Made by a program: the position numbers and the translations under genes. A model generated the notes under the pieces. It saw nothing but the letters and a program-made list of their open reading frames with translations. It was not told where the DNA came from and made no database searches. Below, one piece after another: positions 39,664 through 53,035 of a stretch of 64,000 bases of DNA. Origin of the DNA: Octopus sinensis (taxonomy: Eukaryota); the NCBI RefSeq assembly GCF_006345805.1, contig NC_043018.1:15252001-15316000 (forward strand), in the 5' to 3' direction. Positions within the stretch are counted from its first letter, which is position 1, and every line of letters begins with the position of its first letter.

Positions 39664-39932
39664 GGTAAAATTACAGATTAATACCCGCACGATTTTCACT
39701 AAGAAAGAAAAAAAAAAAGCTCGGATTTTTTGCGTGGAATCAAGTACCCTGACCTCCTAATATGCTGGAAATCCCATATTTTGGTTCGGAATTGGTCCGG
39801 AGGGGGGGTCCGAACCTAAATATGGGATTTCCAGCATATTAGGAGGTCAGGGTACTTGATTCCACGCAAAAAATCCGAGTTTTTTTTTTTTTCTTAGTGA
39901 AAATCGTGCGGGTATTAATCTGTAATTTTACC
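39664..39932. mobile_element. Near-perfect palindromic MITE with 8-bp TSD (Merlin-type)
   Basis: ~125-bp arms GGTAAAATTACAG... / ...CTGTAATTTTACC; CAAAATTA on both flanks. Confidence 0.9.
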
Positions 39933-41968
39933 CAAAATTAACCCTACACATGAGGTATGGCGGGGTTACTAATATAAATATTGTCGTCACTAGCACTCGA
40001 GGGTGTAACATGTACCCTGCTTTTTGTCTAAAGGCACCGTTTGTAACTCCGAGTAGTCAAATTCTCAGCACCTCCTCTTTCGACCCGCGAAACATTCAGA
40101 CCAAGGCGACTCGAAACCGTTGCCTAGATCCTGGGCTGGAGCTTTATCATCCTCACCACATGAGAATGAAAGCTAAAACCAAACTTCTATATAGAGCTCT
40201 GAGCTCCGAACGTAAAGAAGCTCAACAAATGTCGCAAAACATTTTGTCCGATTCTCTAACAATTTCACCAATTTAATCACCGAATGCTATTAATGAAGAT
40301 TAATTAACTTTTACACAAGACCACGCATTTGGGGAGAATATCTACTCCATTATGTGACCTGTGGTTTCAACTCAAAACTAATACCCATATACGCTCGTAT
40401 TTCTTATCCATTACCCTCTTGCTTTGATTCTGTTGGTGTCAACTGATTTTTTTTTTCTCAAACCTCTTTACTTTCTCAGTTTTAATGTTGAGCTTCCTGT
40501 CTTTGACTGGTCTGGTATAGCATTAAATATTGGTTTAACTCTCGTCCATTTGTTTCCTTGAGTTTAATAATCCTCATGGAACTTATCTCATGTGCAGGAC
40601 ATGTTGCCATTAGCTCTAAAGGCGATCGTCCACTTTAAATAAGTTTTGTTTCTAAATTCACCTGGGTTAAACAAAAAACACACACAGGCACCAGTGGAGA
40701 GGTTATACAATATAATATACATTCGTAGACACAGAAATCAAACTATCTTGCAAAAAAGATTGTAATTAAAAGATAGTGAACTCTGATCTGAATCGAACGA
40801 CTTAAAGAACGAATCTCAATAATGTATGGAAAAAAAAAACTTGTTTCAGGTCGACGCTAATCTACCAGTTAGATCTAATCATCAATATTGAAAATCAGTG
40901 ATCAATAAATACCGAAAATTCATTGAGTGTGACTTTCAATATACTCCACGCTTCTTTCTTCTAAATTCATGCGCTTGATGTCTTTTGATTATCTCTTCCT
41001 TTTTGTTATAATTTATTTACGTAAATAAGTACAGAGTGGTCGACTGGTTTATAAGTTTGCTTCTCAACACAAAGTCTCGCGCTTGACCACCTTAGAGGGT
41101 GACATCAGAGACAAAATGTCATTTTCCATATTCTCGAGATGCCCCGCCCCTTTTTTTTCTGAGTGAAACTGGGCAAACGGAAAAGCAAAGCTAAATGGAC
41201 TGTACATGAAATTCGAACGGGCAGCCTCGTCACTCACAAATCTCTTCACAACTACAGGCTTTCAGTTTCGATCTGATCGAGTGGCACCTTGAGCTGCAAT
41301 TGTCTTCTGATATAGCTTCGGGTCTACCAAAAAAAAAAAAAAAAAAACCCTCAGCAAAAACGTAAAGGTTCCCGTCCAGATTATTATTGGGCGCTGCACC
41401 GGTGTAACGACGTGAAATTATCCTCTTTCCAAGTTTACCACCCGGATATCAGAAATCGATTTCATATCAACTCTCTTAACATACTCTCTTGCTCGACCGC
41501 ATTTTACCTTATGTAAAGACTCGATCAATTATCTGGGTTATTCAAGCAAGAAAACCTATATAAAAACAGAGATTCCTTATGCTAGAAGGGCAACTTTCTC
41601 TCCCGTTGGTTTATTCATCAGTAATGTGTGTCTTACAAAGCCACAAGCGACGACACAAAATGTAACAAATAACAGAATTATGACTGATTTCTAAAAATGA
41701 GTAAGAAAAAGTCAATATTTAGAAAAAAAAAAAAAATATGTGAATGGCATTACAGCCACAGCATCATCATTAACAACAAAATATATGACAAATATGGGAA
41801 ATAAAAATTAATAAAAACTAAATTAGACAAAAATAGACTTTTTTTTCTTCAAATCCGAAACTCAGTCTTTTTAAAGTCAACGTAATTTCATATACAAATA
41901 TATATTGTTGCTTATTTTGATTTTATAAATACATGTATATATATATATATATATATAATATATATATA

Positions 41969-42000
<32 letters not shown>

Positions 42001-42216
42001 CGATAGATAGATAATAGATATGTATACACAGACACACACACACGTGTATGTCAGAATGTATATACATATGGATGTATCCACAGAAGAGGTTTTACTATTA
42101 AGACTTTTTTTTTTTCATCTTTTTAACACCTATTTTTTTTTTTTTTTTTCATACAAAACTCAGTTGTTTCTTTTTTCTCTGTTGCAGAAAAAAAAACAAG
42201 GTGTGTGCGTGCGTAA

Positions 42217-42256
<40 letters not shown>

Positions 42257-42329
42257 GCACGCATACATACATACACCCACCACACACTTTACTTTATATG
42301 TGTGTAAGCTGCAATATTACCGTTTTCTA

Positions 42330-45300
42330 TTACTGACATTTATCTGTTTCTTCGCCAATAGTGTTTGTTATCTCCGCAAGAACTTTTGACTCGTTGGCAC
42401 TGCTTAGCAAGGATTTGGGTTTGGAAATGTCTTCCAAACCAGTCGGTTTGCCTTTTCGCTTGCTTACCAAATTCCGTTTGCTTTTTAAATCACTCCTGAC
42501 TCTTCGCTTACTACTCGTTGTCGGCTGGAGTTTGACGGTTTTACCTTTCGAGTTGTTCTCCATTTTACCTTCACTGCCGAACAAATTTGCAAACATCCCG
42601 CTTTCGTTTGAATCGTGTTCCAATGGAGATAAAGAAAATGGTGTGTTGGTATTTTTGGACTGGTAATTTACATTTAAAGCCTTTTTCAAATTAGAAGGAA
42701 AATTTTCTTGGTCTGGGTTATCCTCCCACGAGGAATCGGCAAACTTCCACTTGATTTCTTTTTCTTTTCCATCTATGGTCGAATAAAACACCGAGTCATC
42801 CGGGTCTGGGGTTGAAGTACCTTGTAAATTAGGTTGCGATAATTCCTGGCTTTCAGAAGAAATCTTTCGCAGATTCTGAGGTTTCGCCAAAAAGTTACAG
42901 TCAGTTTGCGAACGCTGAGCAGTTGACATAAATTGATCATTTAAAGATGAACTGAAGGACGCAAAGTTTTTCTTTTCTCTTTCCAACATAGATTCAATAA
43001 AAGAATTGCTCCCAGATTTCTGAAGACACGGAGAATTTTCCACAGAGGTTTCTTTGGCAGTAGTACCGTCTTCACTCAGTGAATCGGAATCAGATTTTTC
43101 TTCGGTGAATGAAATAATACTTTCTGTTTCTGACGACATCTCACTCGACCACCAATGAAAATCTGAGTTAACAGGCGTATCATTGGGGAAATTCATATCA
43201 ATTAAGCTTTCATCGTTGTTATCATAACTTAGTTCTTCGATGTCAGACTGTTTTTTATCAGTTGATGATACGGAACACTCCGTCTTATGTTTATTTACGA
43301 CGTCCATGATAAGTTTCTCTGTGTTTGTAGCTGTCGTGTGACTAGACTTCTTCATTTCAATCGAGTGAAAGCCAGACTTTGGCTTACAGTCCCGACTTTT
43401 ACATGACAATTCTAATTCCGTATCAGAATCTAAAGATTCTGAACATGGATCCGGTTTGGGTGTCGGTGTGTTCGTAGATTTATTAGTTTTGAAAAGTCTG
43501 TCTGATTTTGTCAGTGTAAAGTCATTTTCCTCCGTCTTTGAACGAAATGGTTTGTTTTGCGAATTGAAGAATTTTTTCAATGAATTTGAATTGAACTTAC
43601 AGACATTCTTAAACGGAAATGAAGCACAGAAAGGAAGTGGTTTGTTTTCAACTTGCGTTTGCTTGTCCCAGGCAAGGTTTTTCATCTTATTTGTGGTATT
43701 AAATATATCCAATTTATGATTGTCACTTTCTTCTTGATTTCTCTTGAAAGAATCGCAACTTTGTAATGGCATTTTCATGTTAGCTGTTCCATAGCTCTCG
43801 AGAACATTCTGAAAAGGTTTCTCACTGATGTTTCTTTTGCTTGGAGAATTAATTTGAAAAGAATCATCCGAAGAATACGGCCTGATGTTGATGGAATATT
43901 CATCGGAATTATTAGTCTTTTTTTCTATATTGCTAAAATTGTCAACAGTCTGGTTTAATTGATCGAATGAACAAGAACCATATGAAAATCTAGAACTTAA
44001 CATCGACTGTAGTTTCTTGGTAATGTTTGTATTACAAACTTTAACTTGATCGAGTTCGGATAAAGTTTCAGTTACTTTTTTCTGAAGATCATAGTTGAGT
44101 CTCTTTAACAAAGCTTTTTCTTTCTCAAGGGCCATTACTTGTTTCCAATGATTTTCAACGCTTCCTTTCAATTGATCCTTCAGTTTGCCAATATCATTTC
44201 CCTGTTTCATTAATCTCCACTCAAAACCAAACTTTATTCCCTTGACACATTCTACCTCTGTTTGTAGATCCTTGATAATCTTAACCAATTTTTCAATTTC
44301 TAGCAGATTGGATTCTGTTAGATTCTTATAATAGGTAAGGCTCTCTTTCAGATGAATATATTCTTCTCTGGATAATACTTGTGTGTTGAGATTAGCATTT
44401 TCTTTTTCCTTCGTGTCTACCAGCTCACAACACTCTGATGTTGGTGCTTCAAAAATATTACCTGTTTTAATTGATTCCTTTTCTGAACAGATTCTTAACT
44501 TTCTTCCTTTATTGTTACACATGTTGAATGAGTCATCGGGGTAAGTAACATTGCTCGGCAGCTTTTTAAGTTTACTCAACATGTGAACATTCCACGAATT
44601 TCTTAGAAAACATTTTTGCATGTAAAGTTCCCTCGGGTAATACAGAGACCTGGTTTTCGGGGTATACGCTATGACGTCACGATTTCCTCTTTTCAGAAGT
44701 GCCTTTGATTTAACCGGCTCCTCGTCCAGGTATTTTAGATTCTTCTCATCATTTTTCACTTTGTTTTCACTTTGCTTCTCTGTAATGTTCATTTCGTTTA
44801 ATTTACAATTAACAAAATTATCAACGCCGGAGTTTTCTTTACACAGATCATACAAGTTAATAAATTCCGTCGGTTTCCTAATGTTTTCCGATTTGTTTTC
44901 ATCTGATGGAACATTTAAAGTATCATCGATATTTTGTGTTAATACTTCTGAGTTATTGGCCGTTTTCAGACAAGATGGAACGGGATACACGATATCATGG
45001 ACAGAGGTGATTTTTTCTCTTCGTTTCTGAATCATTGGTAGCCAGTTGTTACGGCATTGAAGAATTTCATCGTTGACTTTTAAAGAAGTGTCGAGTGGCC
45101 TCGAGACATTCATTTTATCTTCATCGTTGGCTATAATTTTAAATGGTGAACTAATACCTAAAACTTCGCAGCGATTGTTTAAATATGCAAAAGCATAGCT
45201 ATAGGAGCTATTTGAGGGAAATTGAAACTGGAAATTGACTTTTCTAATATTATTCGTTTCCTTTAAATATTGGTGGCTTGACCAAACTGAATCGACACAA

Positions 45301-45500
45301 TCATTAACTGAAGTCCAACTTACGGGGAAAATTCCAATCCAATCGTCCAAACTCGGAGTGAATGAATATTTTAAAGAATATGTAAGAGTGACATTTTCGT
45401 TCGGCTCATAGGTCGGACGGATATCTTGAAATATGACAAGGTCTTTTACCTTCATTTTGTTTTCTTTTCTTTGCGGCAACTCTACATTATGATCTTCCAT
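42330..45500 (-). CDS. Intronless SKICH-domain coiled-coil protein (TAX1BP1/CALCOCO-like), 1056 aa
   Basis: Uninterrupted 3.17-kb ORF with an in-frame stop just upstream of the ATG; VIFQD..TY.P...VTLTYSL....DWIGIFPVSW...W...VNF...YAFAY....VLGISSPF is the SKICH signature; heptad region ~aa 365-500; Ser/acidic disordered C-half. Confidence 0.9.
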   Translation of the reverse strand: MEDHNVELPQRKENKMKVKDLVIFQDIRPTYEPNENVTLTYSLKYSFTPSLDDWIGIFPVSWTSVNDCVDSVWSSHQYLKETNNIRKVNFQFQFPSNSSYSYAFAYLNNRCEVLGISSPFKIIANDEDKMNVSRPLDTSLKVNDEILQCRNNWLPMIQKRREKITSVHDIVYPVPSCLKTANNSEVLTQNIDDTLNVPSDENKSENIRKPTEFINLYDLCKENSGVDNFVNCKLNEMNITEKQSENKVKNDEKNLKYLDEEPVKSKALLKRGNRDVIAYTPKTRSLYYPRELYMQKCFLRNSWNVHMLSKLKKLPSNVTYPDDSFNMCNNKGRKLRICSEKESIKTGNIFEAPTSECCELVDTKEKENANLNTQVLSREEYIHLKESLTYYKNLTESNLLEIEKLVKIIKDLQTEVECVKGIKFGFEWRLMKQGNDIGKLKDQLKGSVENHWKQVMALEKEKALLKRLNYDLQKKVTETLSELDQVKVCNTNITKKLQSMLSSRFSYGSCSFDQLNQTVDNFSNIEKKTNNSDEYSINIRPYSSDDSFQINSPSKRNISEKPFQNVLESYGTANMKMPLQSCDSFKRNQEESDNHKLDIFNTTNKMKNLAWDKQTQVENKPLPFCASFPFKNVCKFNSNSLKKFFNSQNKPFRSKTEENDFTLTKSDRLFKTNKSTNTPTPKPDPCSESLDSDTELELSCKSRDCKPKSGFHSIEMKKSSHTTATNTEKLIMDVVNKHKTECSVSSTDKKQSDIEELSYDNNDESLIDMNFPNDTPVNSDFHWWSSEMSSETESIISFTEEKSDSDSLSEDGTTAKETSVENSPCLQKSGSNSFIESMLEREKKNFASFSSSLNDQFMSTAQRSQTDCNFLAKPQNLRKISSESQELSQPNLQGTSTPDPDDSVFYSTIDGKEKEIKWKFADSSWEDNPDQENFPSNLKKALNVNYQSKNTNTPFSLSPLEHDSNESGMFANLFGSEGKMENNSKGKTVKLQPTTSSKRRVRSDLKSKRNLVSKRKGKPTGLEDISKPKSLLSSANESKVLAEITNTIGEETDKCQ

Positions 45501-45659
45501 AATTTAAAATGGGACCCTGTAGACGCAGAAGCTGTTAAAAGCCAAATAACAACAACGAACGGCTGTTGTATTAAAAGTGAAAATCTAAATTTCGTCACAG
45601 CGTTTTTAGCCGAGCGAGAAAACACAAACCTAAAAAAAAAAAAAAATACTTAAACAATA

Positions 45660-45800
45660 AATAAAAAAGAAACCGTTAGCGCGTGTTTGACGTGAATTTT
45701 GGGTCACGTGCAACTTTCGTTTCCATCTTAAACTTCCTTATTTCTGGTACAGTTCTTCTACCTTCAGCTCGTCTTTTCATATAATTTAATCCGTAAGAAC
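45660..45800. promoter_or_regulatory. CpG-rich putative promoter with E-box GTCACGTG and CRE half-site TGACGT
   Basis: Motifs at ~45688-45710, about 200 bp 5' of the SKICH ATG; a minus-strand acceptor TCTACAG lies just before the ATG. Confidence 0.35.
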
Positions 45801-45950
45801 TTTGTTGTCTACTTTGTTGCTGTGGACGAGTGGCTGGGATTACGTTTCCAGTTTCATTTCATTGCGATTGAATTAATTCCACTTAGCTTACTGTAATAAG
45901 ACATTAAACTAAAGAGGATTCCCTCCCTCTCTCTCTTTCTTCTCTCTCTT

Positions 45951-46003
<53 letters not shown>

Positions 46004-46007
<4 letters not shown>

Positions 46008-46428
46008 GATCTTTCGTCTCTAGTAGACCTTTCCGTCGATTTCCGTAAAAAATTTTTTTTTTTTTACATATGGGCTTGCGGGAACTTTTGAAGTAATATA
46101 CATACATATACACATACACCGAGTAAAAAATTTCAGTTATCTCTTTCTTTCACACATTACTCTGTCTCTTCACACACACTAACAGAAGCACTTCACTTAC
46201 ACAACATACTGTCTGTCTCCCACACTCCATCAAACACCACACCACACACATGTACATCAATGCTTCCCATGCACGGTAACTTCAAAAGACTTCCCTCGTC
46301 ATACAATCTCTTTCTCTTTGTCTCTTTCGCTCTCATTACTTCAAAAGTTCCCGCAAGCCCATATGTAAAAAAAAAAAAAATTTTTACGGAAATCGACGGA
46401 AAGGTCTACTAGAGACGAAAGATTGGCA
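46004..46428. mobile_element. MITE with ~92-bp TIRs inserted in (TA)n
   Basis: 46004-46097 is the reverse complement of 46336-46428. Confidence 0.88.
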
Positions 46429-46453
46429 TATATATATATATATATGCCAATCT

Positions 46454-46512
<59 letters not shown>

Positions 46513-46514
<2 letters not shown>

Positions 46515-46798
46515 AGGCGCAATGGCCCAGTGGTCAGAGCAGCGGAATCGCGGTCGTAGGATTGCGGTTTCAATTCCCAGACTGAGTGTTTATTGAGCGG
46601 AAACACCTAAAGCTCCACGAGGCTCCGGCAGGGGGTGGTGGCGGTCCCTGCTGTACTCTTTCGCTACAACTTTCCCTCACTCTTTCTTCTGTTGGCCTGC
46701 TCGCTTAGCCAGTGGGGTGGCGTCATTTGAAGGCTAAAACAATGCGAAGCGCATTGTGATCAGCGATGTGTAGCAACATCTGATAGACTGGTCGGTCA

Positions 46799-46801
<3 letters not shown>
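46513..46801 (+). mobile_element. SINE family A, tail type 3
   Basis: Full head plus tail 3. Confidence 0.9.
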
Positions 46802-46833
<32 letters not shown>

Positions 46834-47329
46834 CACCCACACACATGCACATATCTGTGTGTGCATAAATGTATGTTTACTCTCACATGGACAACCTTTT
46901 TCAAGAAGTGGGCTGCATATATATATAAAAAGGGCAAGCAACAGGTTTCTTAGCCACATACCGAAAAACTATATAACTGATAATGGTTATATTTCCATAC
47001 CGAAATCTACCCGGAAATAGTTGTTGATTTTGAAATTAATAATTATTTACCCTTATATTATTAATAATGGAATATATATATATTTATACACACACACGCG
47101 CACACGCACACACACCACACACACACACACACACACGCACATATATATGTATATATATATAATAAAATTATAATAAGGGTGCTGAATGACTTCAACACCA
47201 GTCCGCTAGAAATAGACCCCAGATGGTCCATGACCTACTTAGATTATTACTCCAGTACACAAGGCTGCAAGCTATGTATGTATGTATGCATGCATGCTCC
47301 TACAAGAGCCCTATGCTGTTGCCAAGTTA

Positions 47330-48080
<751 letters not shown>

Positions 48081-48417
48081 GCAGGGCCACTAAAGACCTC
48101 TCAACTGGGAGAAGGAGTGGAACCATAGTAAGTGGCTTTGTGCCAGGTGAGATGTTAGAGTATAAGTAAGCGATAGAGAGAGGCATCTTACTAGACAGGA
48201 GGTATTTGGCTACCACAGTAGAAAAAGACAGGAGAGGAAGAAGAGATAGAGAGAAAGATAGGGAGAGAAAGTCAGAATGAAAGAGAGAAAGAGAGTACAA
48301 ACATGTAGATGTAAATTTAGATACATATATGTAAGTAGATATGTGCATGTATAAACTATGTACATATATGCACATGATATGTATATAAGTAGGTACAAGC
48401 ATACACTCTCTCTCTCT

Positions 48418-48823
48418 CTTTACTCTTTTACTTGTTTCAGTCATTTGACTGCGGCCATGCTGGAGCACTGCCTTTAGTCGAGCAACTCGACACCGGGACT
48501 TATTCTTTTGTAAGCCCAGTACTTATTCTATCAGTCTCTTTTTGCCAGACCGCTAAGTGACGGGGACGTAAACACACCAGCATCGGTTGTCAAGCAATGC
48601 TAGGGGAACAAACACAGACACACAAACACACACACATATATATATATATATATACATATATACGACAGGCTTCTTTCAGTTTCCGTCTACCAAATCCACT
48701 CACAAGGCATTGGTCGGCCCGGGGCTGTAGCAGAAGACACTTGCCCAAGATGCCACGCAGTGGGACTGAACCCGGAACCATGTGGTTGGTTAGCAAGCTA
48801 CTTACCACACAGCCACTCCTGCG
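48418..48823 (-). mobile_element. SINE family C, full length
   Basis: Reverse complement of the 5292-type copy with intact head GCAGGAGTGGCTGTGTGG. Confidence 0.92.
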
Positions 48824-49122
48824 CTTATACATGCTAATATATATAGTTGATTGGACAACTGAATGCTCACCAAATTAGCATGCCAAGTGGCTGAGTATTC
48901 CCAAGACACATGCACCCCTTTAATGGGAGTCTCAGGCAGAATCAACCTGATACTGTGTGATGAATGAACTTTTGGAATAACAAGTAGAGTTTATCTGATG
49001 AACAGCTTCTGTCCATCTATCTAGCTTCGGTTGTAAAGCTTAAATCAGTCAAATATGATGCAGAAGTATTGAACTGTAGCTGCAAACTGAACTTTGGAAC
49101 CATTTGGCCATGCCAGTAGCCT

Positions 49123-49175
<53 letters not shown>

Positions 49176-49214
49176 AGATCATGAGAAGTATCAATTGTTT
49201 AAAAATTTCTATTT

Positions 49215-49485
49215 GCCTGGCCTCCGTGCTGGTGGCACATAAAAAGCACCATCCGAGCATGGCCGTTCGCCAGCCTCGTCTGGCACCTGTGTCGGTGGCA
49301 AATAAAAAGCACCCACTACACTCACAGAGTGGTTGGTGTTAGGAAGGGCATCCAACTGTTGAAACACTGCCAGATCTGACTGGCCTGGTGCAGCCTTCGG
49401 GCTTCCCAGACCCCAGTTGAACCGTCCAACTCATGCTAGCATGGAAAGCGGACGTTAAACGATGATGATGATGATGATGATGATA
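49215..49485 (+). mobile_element. Family D element
   Basis: Homology to 38765; (GAT)n tail. Confidence 0.85.
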
Positions 49486-49851
49486 TATGTTTCTAAAGCT
49501 AAGCTCTGTTCTGGCTTGTAAGTCTAAAGCTTCCAGACCATCTGTGTTATTGTTGATGCATAATTCAAACCTTATGAGTAGATTTCTACCCTTTTATGGT
49601 TACATTTCCATTGAGAAGACACATACACACATATACATATAATATACACACACATTTGTGTAAGGAATACAGTAATTGGTACAAAAGCTAAGTAATTTAC
49701 TTAGTGCCAGAGATCATGGTGTCTGACATTATACCTTTCACTCTAGTCTTCCATATAACCTCTTTCACAACTGCTACTATCACGAGAAAGCAATGCTTAC
49801 CTTCGTTCGTCATGTAGCCAGGCGGGTCAATTTTATATTTCACTCTACAAT

Positions 49852-50270
49852 TTCATCATCATCATCATCATCATCATCGTTTAACGTCCGTTCTCCATGC
49901 TAGCATGGGTTGGACGGTTCGACCGGGGATCTGGGAAGCCAGAAGGCTGCACCAGGCTCCGGTCTTATCTGGCAAAGTTTCTACAGCTGGATGCCCTTCC
50001 TAAAGCCAACCACTCCATGAGTGTAGTGGGTGCTTTTTACGTGCCACCTGCACTGGTGCCAGGCGAGGCTGGCATCAGCCACGGTCGGATTGGTGCATTT
50101 TATGGAAGCCAGTCAAGTCGGCACTGGCTTCGGCTACGATTCGGATGGTGCTTTTTACGTGCCACCGACACGGAAGCCAGTCGAGGCGGCGCTGGCATCG
50201 GCCACAATTCGGATGGTGCATTTTATGGAAGCCAGTTGAGGCAGCACTGGCTTTGGCTACGATTCGGATG
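49852..50270 (-). mobile_element. Family D element with expanded internal minisatellite
   Basis: Repeated CGGATGGTGC.TTTTA..G..CCA units. Confidence 0.85.
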
Positions 50271-50446
50271 TAGAGTGAAATATAAAATTAAATTAAATTA
50301 ACTAATTAAAGCCAATAAGTTTAGAAATTTATATGATATTGCTTATTTGACATTCATTTTTGTAGTCAAAACTAAATTATTTGCAAAAAATGTCAGTTAA
50401 TATATCCATGATTTCATTTACTTTCTTTTTTAAACCTTTAAAAAAG

Positions 50447-50640
50447 ACACTTTTGAAGGATGGTGTTCTGCGAAGACTACAGCTGGAGAATGGCTTGAAA
50501 TCTACTATGAATATCCTGTTTTGATTTCAAAACTTAGTCTGTATGCACCAAACCAAGGAACGAATTATGCAAAGCAGTTTAAGTTTGAAGTTGAAACAGC
50601 AGATTCAAAACCAGGACAGTCCCAAAAACTGGAAGACACA
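50447..50640 (+). CDS. Internal exon, discoidin / F5-8 type C domain (central part)
   Basis: Pyrimidine tract then AAG| acceptor; donor |GTAAGT; (D)TFEGWCSAKTTAGEWLEIYYEYPVLISKLSLYAPNQGTNYAKQFKFEV fits the GW...WL.I...V.I.....Y...F pattern; phase 1 to phase 0. Confidence 0.8.
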
Positions 50641-50852
50641 GTAAGTTTCAGTTTACTCCACATTTTTCTCTTCTCATTAAGAAAATTTTTGATTGTTTCC
50701 TTTTATTATTTTTTTAAAATAAAATATTAGGAGATTTGTTGGAGCTGCAAATTTAGAAAAAATCTATTTTATTTATTTATTCATTATTTGTTTTTTTTCT
50801 TGATTTAATCACTGGGTTATGATCATGATAGATCAAAGTCCTCAAAGACCTA

Positions 50853-51078
50853 TTTCTTTACTACCCACAAGGGGCTAAACATAGAGGGGACAAACAAGGA
50901 CAGGCAAACGGATTAAGTCGATTACATCGACCCCAATGCGTAACTGGTACTTAATTTATCGACCCCGAAGGATGAAAAGCAAAGTTGACCTCGGTGGAAT
51001 TTGAACTCAGAACGTAATGGCAGACGAAATACGGCTACGCATTTCGCCCGGTGTGCTAACGTTTCTGCCAGTTCGCTG
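50853..51078 (-). mobile_element. SINE family B
   Basis: Homology to 32419. Confidence 0.88.
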
Positions 51079-51182
51079 GCTTCAAGGACTTGCTTTTGAT
51101 CAGGCTCAATACAGTACTTATTGTTGTCTTGCTTGTGTTTTATCAAAATCTATTGTCGAACCGCTATGTAAGTGAACATAAT

Positions 51183-51340
51183 GGCGTAGGAGTGGCTGTG
51201 TGGTAGTAGCTTGTTTGCCAACCGCATGGTTCTGGGTTCAGTCCCACTGCATGGCACCTTGGACAAGTGTCTTCTACTATAGCCTCGAACCGACCAGAGC
51301 TTTGTGAGTGGATTTGGTGGACAGAAACTGAAAGAAGATC

Positions 51341-51400
<60 letters not shown>

Positions 51401-51675
51401 CATACATACATACATATATATTGTTGGCATCCTTTTTGTCTTGGGAGACAATGGAGTTGCGCATAAACTAATCTAGTCCAGCTTTTACATTTCATGTCCT
51501 AATACATCTCCTGCTGTGGCTGTGTAGTTCTATCTTGGACAAACACTCCCTCTGGCAGGTGCCGCAAATGTAGTGAAGACTTTGCTTGGCTGGTTCTAAT
51601 GTCATAGTTTCTTGTTGACGTCTTTTCTTGTCTTCCCATATATATATATACACACACATATATATGTGTACATAC

Positions 51676-51707
<32 letters not shown>

Positions 51708-51930
51708 CTTTGTGTCTGTGTTTCCCCACCCACCTTCGGTTGATAACTGATGTTGGTGTCTTTACTTCCCTGTAACTTAGCGGTTCAGCAAAAGAGACCA
51801 ACAGAATAAGTACTAAGCTTACAATGAATAAGTCCTGGGTTGATTTCTTTCACTAAAACCCTTTAAGGTGGTGCTCCAGCATGGCCTTAGTCAAGTGTCT
51901 GAAGCAAGTAAAAGAGTAAAAGAATAAAAA
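51183..51930 (+). mobile_element. SINE family C interrupted in its microsatellite by an RTE 3' fragment
   Basis: 5' half 51183-51340; 3' half 51700-51930. Confidence 0.82.
51420..51635 (-). mobile_element. RTE LINE 3' end (C-terminal zinc finger plus UTR)
   Basis: YICGTCQRECLSKIELHSHSRRC matches the RTE C..C.R...S.IGL.SH.R.C terminus. Confidence 0.8.
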
Positions 51931-52149
51931 TAAATTATAATATTGTTCTGCCTAACATGACATTCATGTGTTCATGTGTTCTGCTCTAAACAGTCATAAC
52001 TATGGAAATCGATGACAATCGAAATCTTTTTATACAAAGGAAACAAGTTCTTTGAGTGTGAAACTATAAACCAACCCTTTTAAACCAATTTTGGTCATGG
52101 CTTCTTTAAGAACTTCTCTTAGGGTCTCAGGAAAACCATATAAAACAGT

Positions 52150-52560
52150 TACTCTTTTACTCTTTTACTTGTTTCAGTCATTTGACTGTGGCCATGCTGG
52201 AGCACCACCTTTAGTCGAGCAAATTGACTCCAGGACTTATTCTTTGTTAGCCTTGTACTTATTCTATCAGTCTCTTTTGTCGAACTGCTAAGTTATGGGG
52301 ACGTAAACACACCAGCATTGGTTGTCAAGCGATGTTGGGAGGACAAACATAGACACACAAACATATACACACACACACATATATATATACTTACATATAT
52401 ACGACGGGCTTCTTTCAGTTTCCGTCTACCAAATCCACTCACAAGGCTTTGGTCGGCCCAAGGATATAGTAGAAGACACTTGCTCAAGGTGCCACGCAGT
52501 GGGACTGAACCCGGAATCATGTGGTTCGTAAGCAAGCTACTTACCAGACAGCCACTCCTA
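52150..52560 (-). mobile_element. SINE family C
   Basis: Full-length inverted copy. Confidence 0.9.
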
Positions 52561-53035
52561 TACCTATGTTGTAAATGTCTTTCATTTATCTCTCCAATGC
52601 AATACAAACAAGCTCCCTTCAAATATGAGAAGGGCCCTGTGTAGGTGTGAGGTGTGGGGACATATTGTTCCTGTTGAGAAAAACTGCATTAAACAACCTC
52701 AACTATGTATAGTGTTGTAACTGTTATCTTGTTCCACACTGACCTTGATTAAGCAACTCAATGATAAAATGCATTCTAGCCATAACTATCCCACATCTTA
52801 AGTGCTATCATGGATTACTTTGTTCAGTGGGCGCTTTCATATCTCAAGACTCTAGGGAGCAATTTTTAAGAAATTTAGAGGCTACTATTTCTAGCTGATC
52901 AACCGATCATTTAGAGGTGTCCTTATAAAGCATGTCTTGCATTTGGTGTATGTGTGTGTGTGTGTATGCATGCAGATTTTTTAGTAAGTTGACATTCTTG
53001 TAATGTCACAGCAATCCCTGTAATGATATGAATAG

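Noticed and set aside
42361-45030. Plus-strand ORFs overlapping the SKICH ORF
   Set aside because: Antisense shadows of the real coding frame.
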